Positions 60,420 to 64,000 of a DNA stretch of 64,000 nucleotides are shown here, one piece after another. Source of the stretch: an uncultured delta proteobacterium (GTDB lineage Bacteria > Desulfobacterota > Syntrophia > Syntrophales > UBA8958); NCBI GenBank assembly GCA_903885795.1, contig CAISJV010000052.1, positions 4,592-68,591 of the forward strand. Direction: 5' to 3'. Below the pieces are notes generated by a model. It saw only the letters and a list, made by a program, of their open reading frames with translations. It had not been told where the DNA came from and ran no database searches. Made by a program: the position numbers and the translations under genes. Every line of letters starts with the position of its first letter. Position 1 is the first letter of the stretch.

Positions 60420-61250
60420 TCAATCTTCAGGTTGTCCACCTTGGAGGGCAGCGAGGACGGTTTGCCGCATCGTGGCAAGGGGTGGTTCCCGGCCCGTCCA
60501 GATCCGGATCTGCTCTGCCCCCTGATGGACAAAGAGACCTACGCCGTTGATTGTCAGGCATCCCATTTCTTGCGCATCCCTGAGCAGCTTCGTTGTCAGG
60601 GGGTTGTAAACGGCATCCATGACATAGCGGAAGTTTGTCAGGATCTCCCTTTTCAGGGGCGATCTGTCTGTATTGGGGGCCATGCCGACGGGGGTGGTCT
60701 GGATCAAAGCTTCGGCCCGGAAGTCGTTCAGGGCGGCGAGTGGCAGGGATTGACTGTTAAAAGCGCGGGCCAGGGCTGCGCCCCGCTCTTGCGTACGGTT
60801 GAAGATTACCGGTAATCCTCCCTCCTGAAGGAGGCCGAAGACGGCAGCACGGGCCATCCCCCCAGCCCCGAGGACGGCAAAGGTTTTTCCCCTGATTTGC
60901 ACATAATCCTTCAGATCACGAACCAGTCCGATCCAGTCCGTGTTGTCCCCGATCAGCATGTCTTCCCGGTTGACGATCGTATTGACGGCGCCGATGGCCC
61001 GGGCGCTTGCGGCTATTTCGTCCAGGCTCCCGATGATCGCTTCTTTGAAGGGCAGGGTGATGCTTGCCCCTTCAATCCCCAACGATTTCATCATGGGGAC
61101 GATTTCGCCGGCGCTTTCCACCCGATAAGCCTCATACCGGGCCTCAATTCCCATCTCCTCGTAGGTGCTCCGGTGCATCCGGGGAGAGAGACTGTGACCG
61201 ACGGGATTGCCGAAAAGGGCAAAATGTTTTACCCGATCTTTTCTTTTCAA
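60420..61250 (-). CDS. aroE: Shikimate dehydrogenase
   Basis: ...LFGNPVGHSLSP.MH..., ...GASITLPFK..., ...AVNT..., ...VLGAGGMARA... Confidence 0.9.
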   Translation of the reverse strand: MKRKDRVKHFALFGNPVGHSLSPRMHRSTYEEMGIEARYEAYRVESAGEIVPMMKSLGIEGASITLPFKEAIIGSLDEIAASARAIGAVNTIVNREDMLIGDNTDWIGLVRDLKDYVQIRGKTFAVLGAGGMARAAVFGLLQEGGLPVIFNRTQERGAALARAFNSQSLPLAALNDFRAEALIQTTPVGMAPNTDRSPLKREILTNFRYVMDAVYNPLTTKLLRDAQEMGCLTINGVGLFVHQGAEQIRIWTGREPPLATMRQTVLAALQGGQPED

Positions 61251-61263
61251 ACGAAAATGTCCT

Positions 61264-61941
61264 TTATGATAGAATTCTCATGACTTGCTTCATTTCCTCG
61301 ACCGTCATCTGCCCCGGCGCCGACTCTTTTCCCTTCTCCAGGGCGGCAAAAGTGAGATGCGATCCCAGCAGGGGGGCCATGATCCGGCTGATTCGCCCCT
61401 CTTCTCCCATGGAGAATGCGATGATGTCCTGCCCTCTTTTCCGGGAGTAGGGGATCAGGGACAAAACGCGGAGATTGTCCTCGCTGCACCGGGCATGGGT
61501 TACTATCTTTACGATATCGCCGCCCTTTCCCCGGCAAGCGCCCCATATCCGACGCAAGGCGCCCTCCGTCGGGGTGACGTCAAAATCATGAAAAGAAACA
61601 ATGATTCTGGTGTGACATCCCTGCCCTGCTGCAGCATCAAGAACCCGCCGGGCCAGGCCATCATCCGTGGCGACTTCCATGTCCACGTATTCTGCCTTAA
61701 GGTGGACAGCCTCACAAAGAAGAAGAATCCGTTCTTCCTCCGTCCCGCGAAAAGCTCCCCCTTCCTCCCGCCGTCGGTTGGTAATGAGGATTGGGCCCGT
61801 TTTCGCTTTCACGAGGGCTGGCAGATCAAGATCGGCAATCAGGTCAATCCGCAATTCGAGCAGGTCGGCATGGAGGAAACCGGTGGTCATTTTTTCCAAG
61901 GCCGTTTCCATCGTTCCGGCCACCAGGGAAGCGCAAATCAC
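61264..61941 (-). CDS. aroD: Type I 3-dehydroquinate dehydratase
   Basis: ...DLLELRIDL..., ...IVSFHDF..TP..., ...DIVKIVT.A..., ...IAFSMGE.G..SR... Confidence 0.85.
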   Translation of the reverse strand: MICASLVAGTMETALEKMTTGFLHADLLELRIDLIADLDLPALVKAKTGPILITNRRREEGGAFRGTEEERILLLCEAVHLKAEYVDMEVATDDGLARRVLDAAAGQGCHTRIIVSFHDFDVTPTEGALRRIWGACRGKGGDIVKIVTHARCSEDNLRVLSLIPYSRKRGQDIIAFSMGEEGRISRIMAPLLGSHLTFAALEKGKESAPGQMTVEEMKQVMRILS

Positions 61942-63020
61942 ATCGTCTCCTCCCCCCGGGGATAGGAACCGAGGATCTTGAGAAAGGTAGCCCTGCCTTC
62001 AATATCCTGCAAACACAGCCTGACCTGTTCATCCTCCCGATGACCGGCAAAATCGGCAAAGAAAAGATATTCCCACATCCGGTCCCGCAGGGGATGGGAT
62101 TCGATCCGAAGCAGGTTGATCCGTTCCCGGGCAAAGATTTCCAGGGCCTGAAAAAGGGCGCCCGGGACATGGGGGGTTCCGAAGAGGATCGATGTCTTGT
62201 CCTGTCCCGTCCTTCCGGTTTTGCCCTTGCCGATGACCAGGAAGCGGGTGGTGTTGGCGGGATTGTCCTCGATATCCTCCGTCAGGATGGACAGGCCATG
62301 GATCGCTGCCAACAGGCTGCTCCCCACCGCCGCCCCCCCCTCCGGGTCGCGATGTGCCCGCGCTCCCGCTTCCGAGGTGCTGGTGGTCTCCAATTGTTCG
62401 GCCTGTGGCAGGTTATCCCTAAGCCAGTTCCGGCACTGGGCGAAGGCCTGAGGATGGGAATAGACCCTGCTGATCTCCTCCTTCCTTAAGCAATGAGACA
62501 TCAGGCACTGGGAAATCCGCAGGAATACTTCTGCCCGAATATCCAGGGATGTCGTAATCAATCTTCTAAGGGTATGCCCCACGGAACCTTCCGTCGAATT
62601 TTCGACCGGGACAATTCCCAGGGCGACATTTCCTCTCTCCAGGTGGTCAAATACCTGATCGATCGTTCCGGCGGGGGCCAGTTTCGCACTGTGACCGAAA
62701 TGGGCAAGGGCGGCCAAATGGCTGAATGATGCCTCCGGTCCCAAATAAGTTACCGTCAGGGGGCCCTGCAAGGCCCGGGAAGATGAAAAGATCTCCTGGA
62801 AAATATCCCTGACGGCGGCATCGTTCAGGGGCCCGGTATTGTGCTTGCGCAGAAAGTCAAAGACCCGTGATTCCTGGGCAGGACTGTAAACATCGACGCC
62901 CTCTGAACGCTTGACCTGACCGATTTCCACGGAGCGAGCCGCCCGTTCGTTGAGGAGCCGCAAAATGTTCTCGTCGAGTTCCCGGATGTCCGAGCGAAGT
63001 TGTTCGAGCGCTTTTTTCAT
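61938..63020 (-). CDS. pheA: Bifunctional chorismate mutase / prephenate dehydratase (P-protein)
   Basis: N-terminal CM helix (LR..I..LD..IL.LLNERA), PDT (...VTYLGPE.SFSH.AA...), C-terminal ACT (...TSILF...PGALF.AL..FA...INL..IESHP). Confidence 0.9.
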   Translation of the reverse strand: MKKALEQLRSDIRELDENILRLLNERAARSVEIGQVKRSEGVDVYSPAQESRVFDFLRKHNTGPLNDAAVRDIFQEIFSSSRALQGPLTVTYLGPEASFSHLAALAHFGHSAKLAPAGTIDQVFDHLERGNVALGIVPVENSTEGSVGHTLRRLITTSLDIRAEVFLRISQCLMSHCLRKEEISRVYSHPQAFAQCRNWLRDNLPQAEQLETTSTSEAGARAHRDPEGGAAVGSSLLAAIHGLSILTEDIEDNPANTTRFLVIGKGKTGRTGQDKTSILFGTPHVPGALFQALEIFARERINLLRIESHPLRDRMWEYLFFADFAGHREDEQVRLCLQDIEGRATFLKILGSYPRGEETM

Positions 63021-64000
63021 TATTGTTTCAGCCCTTCAATAATCTCTCTGATCGTGCTTTCCGGGACGCCACCGTTGACAAAGGGCATCCCGGGGTTTTT
63101 CAGGAGGACGAAGTGAACAACATTCCCCTCCTTTTTCTTGTCCCGCTGCATCCTGGCCAGGATGCCGTCGCTGCTCATACCTGCGGGCATGCGGACGGGA
63201 AGACCTGTCTTTTGGAGGAGACGGATGATCCGGTCCCGGTCGGCGGCCGGCAGGTATCCGAGCCGCTCCGAAAGGGTGAGGGCCGCCGCCATGCCGATGG
63301 AGACAGCCTCACCGTGCGGAATGGCGTATTCGGCTTCCGCTTCGATGCCATGTCCAAGGGTGTGACCGAAATTGAGGATTCTTCTCAAGCCATGCTCCTG
63401 CTCATCGATCTCGACGATTTTCTTCTTGATTTCACAGGTTCTCGTCACGATGGGAATGAGGGCGGCCAGATCGCCGTCAGGTTTCAATCCCGCCGCTTTT
63501 TCTTCGAGAAGCTCCAGGAGGCCGGGATCGTCGATAATGGCGCATTTTACTATTTCCGCCAGACCGTTTTTGAATTCATCGCCAGGCAGCGTCTTGAGGA
63601 AGGAGAGGTCTGCGAAGACTGCCTTGGGCTGATGAAAGGTCCCCAGCATATTTTTCGCTGCCGGCAGATCCACACCCGTCTTGCCGCCGATGCTGCTGTC
63701 CACCTGGGCCAAGAGGGTGGTGGGCAGGTGGATGTAGGGGATGCCACGCATAAAAATGGAGGCGACAAAACCCGTCAGATCACCCACCACGCCGCCGCCC
63801 AGGGCGATAAGTCCGGAGGTGCGGTCAGCGCCCCGGCGGAGCAGCTCTTCCGCGAGAGCGACGGCTGTAGACATGGTCTTTGATTTTTCTCCCGCGGGGA
63901 TAACAATCTCTTCCACAGGCAGTCCCATCTTTTTGAAAATGTCTATAACCCTCTGTCCATGAAGTGCGGAGACATTTGCATCGGCGATCAGAAAATATTT
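63020..64000 (-). CDS. aroB: 3-dehydroquinate synthase, 5'-truncated by window edge
   Basis: ...IPAGEKSKT..., ...LGGGVVGDLTGF.A...RGI.YIH.PTTLLAQVDSS.GGKT..., ...LNFGHT.GH.IE... The frame stays open to position 64000 (KYFLIADANVSALHG...). The stop overlaps the pheA start. Confidence 0.9.
   Translation of the reverse strand, partial: KYFLIADANVSALHGQRVIDIFKKMGLPVEEIVIPAGEKSKTMSTAVALAEELLRRGADRTSGLIALGGGVVGDLTGFVASIFMRGIPYIHLPTTLLAQVDSSIGGKTGVDLPAAKNMLGTFHQPKAVFADLSFLKTLPGDEFKNGLAEIVKCAIIDDPGLLELLEEKAAGLKPDGDLAALIPIVTRTCEIKKKIVEIDEQEHGLRRILNFGHTLGHGIEAEAEYAIPHGEAVSIGMAAALTLSERLGYLPAADRDRIIRLLQKTGLPVRMPAGMSSDGILARMQRDKKKEGNVVHFVLLKNPGMPFVNGGVPESTIREIIEGLKQ

Noticed and set aside
1-64000. Search for tRNA, rRNA, tmRNA/SRP-like RNAs, CRISPR arrays, transposases, integrases or phage genes
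   Set aside because: Visual scanning of intergenic regions and ORF translations found no T-loop/anticodon-arm architecture, no rRNA-like sequence, no regularly spaced direct repeats, and no DDE, tyrosine or serine recombinase motifs. A computational scan (tRNAscan-SE, Rfam, CRISPR finder) would be needed to be definitive.

Overview
This is a 64-kb chromosomal segment. By my reading, without a database search, its gene content and repeat families look like an anaerobic Desulfobacterota/Deltaproteobacteria (Syntrophus-like) genome. About 65 CDS are supportable. I found no rRNA, tRNA, CRISPR array, transposase or integrase. Housekeeping blocks are: a DppC-type permease 3' end; a TPP-riboswitch-controlled thiN-thiD-thiC operon; cca; rhomboid and TraB genes; a RumA-like methyltransferase; a Na/Pi transporter; pyk; an ABC-F ATPase; fbaB; dapF-dapL; a BirA-regulated bioB-birA-bioY-ecfA-ecfT cluster; kefG-kefC; and a one-strand aromatic amino acid supraoperon (aroB-pheA-aroD-aroE-aroA-aroK-aroC-tyrA). 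The most unusual region is an accessory stretch at about 31.6-43.1 kb that looks A+T-richer by eye and has long intergenic gaps. It encodes a B12-binding radical SAM enzyme, a YdjM-like membrane hydrolase, a zinc-ribbon/class III nucleotide cyclase/AAA/TPR protein, a cNMP-binding SARP/BTAD regulator, a possible permuted papain-like amidase, a GNAT, and three tandem paralogous ~55-61 aa proteins. One of those small genes is below the ORF-track cutoff. Two of them sit in a ~370-bp segmental duplication whose non-coding 3' flank is at least as conserved as the coding part and keeps three hairpins intact. I propose this as a candidate uncharacterised cyclic-nucleotide-controlled module; its function is unknown. 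The window also holds several intergenic repeat families: long palindromic hairpin elements with a covarying central stem-loop, CCATCCCC REP-like hairpins, and a ~35-nt motif upstream of two internal operon genes. Other points are two near-identical promoter-like modules, an RHH-acetolactate decarboxylase fusion and a tandem GGCT-fold fusion. All coordinates and counts were derived by hand from the sequence. No GC or statistical computations were run.
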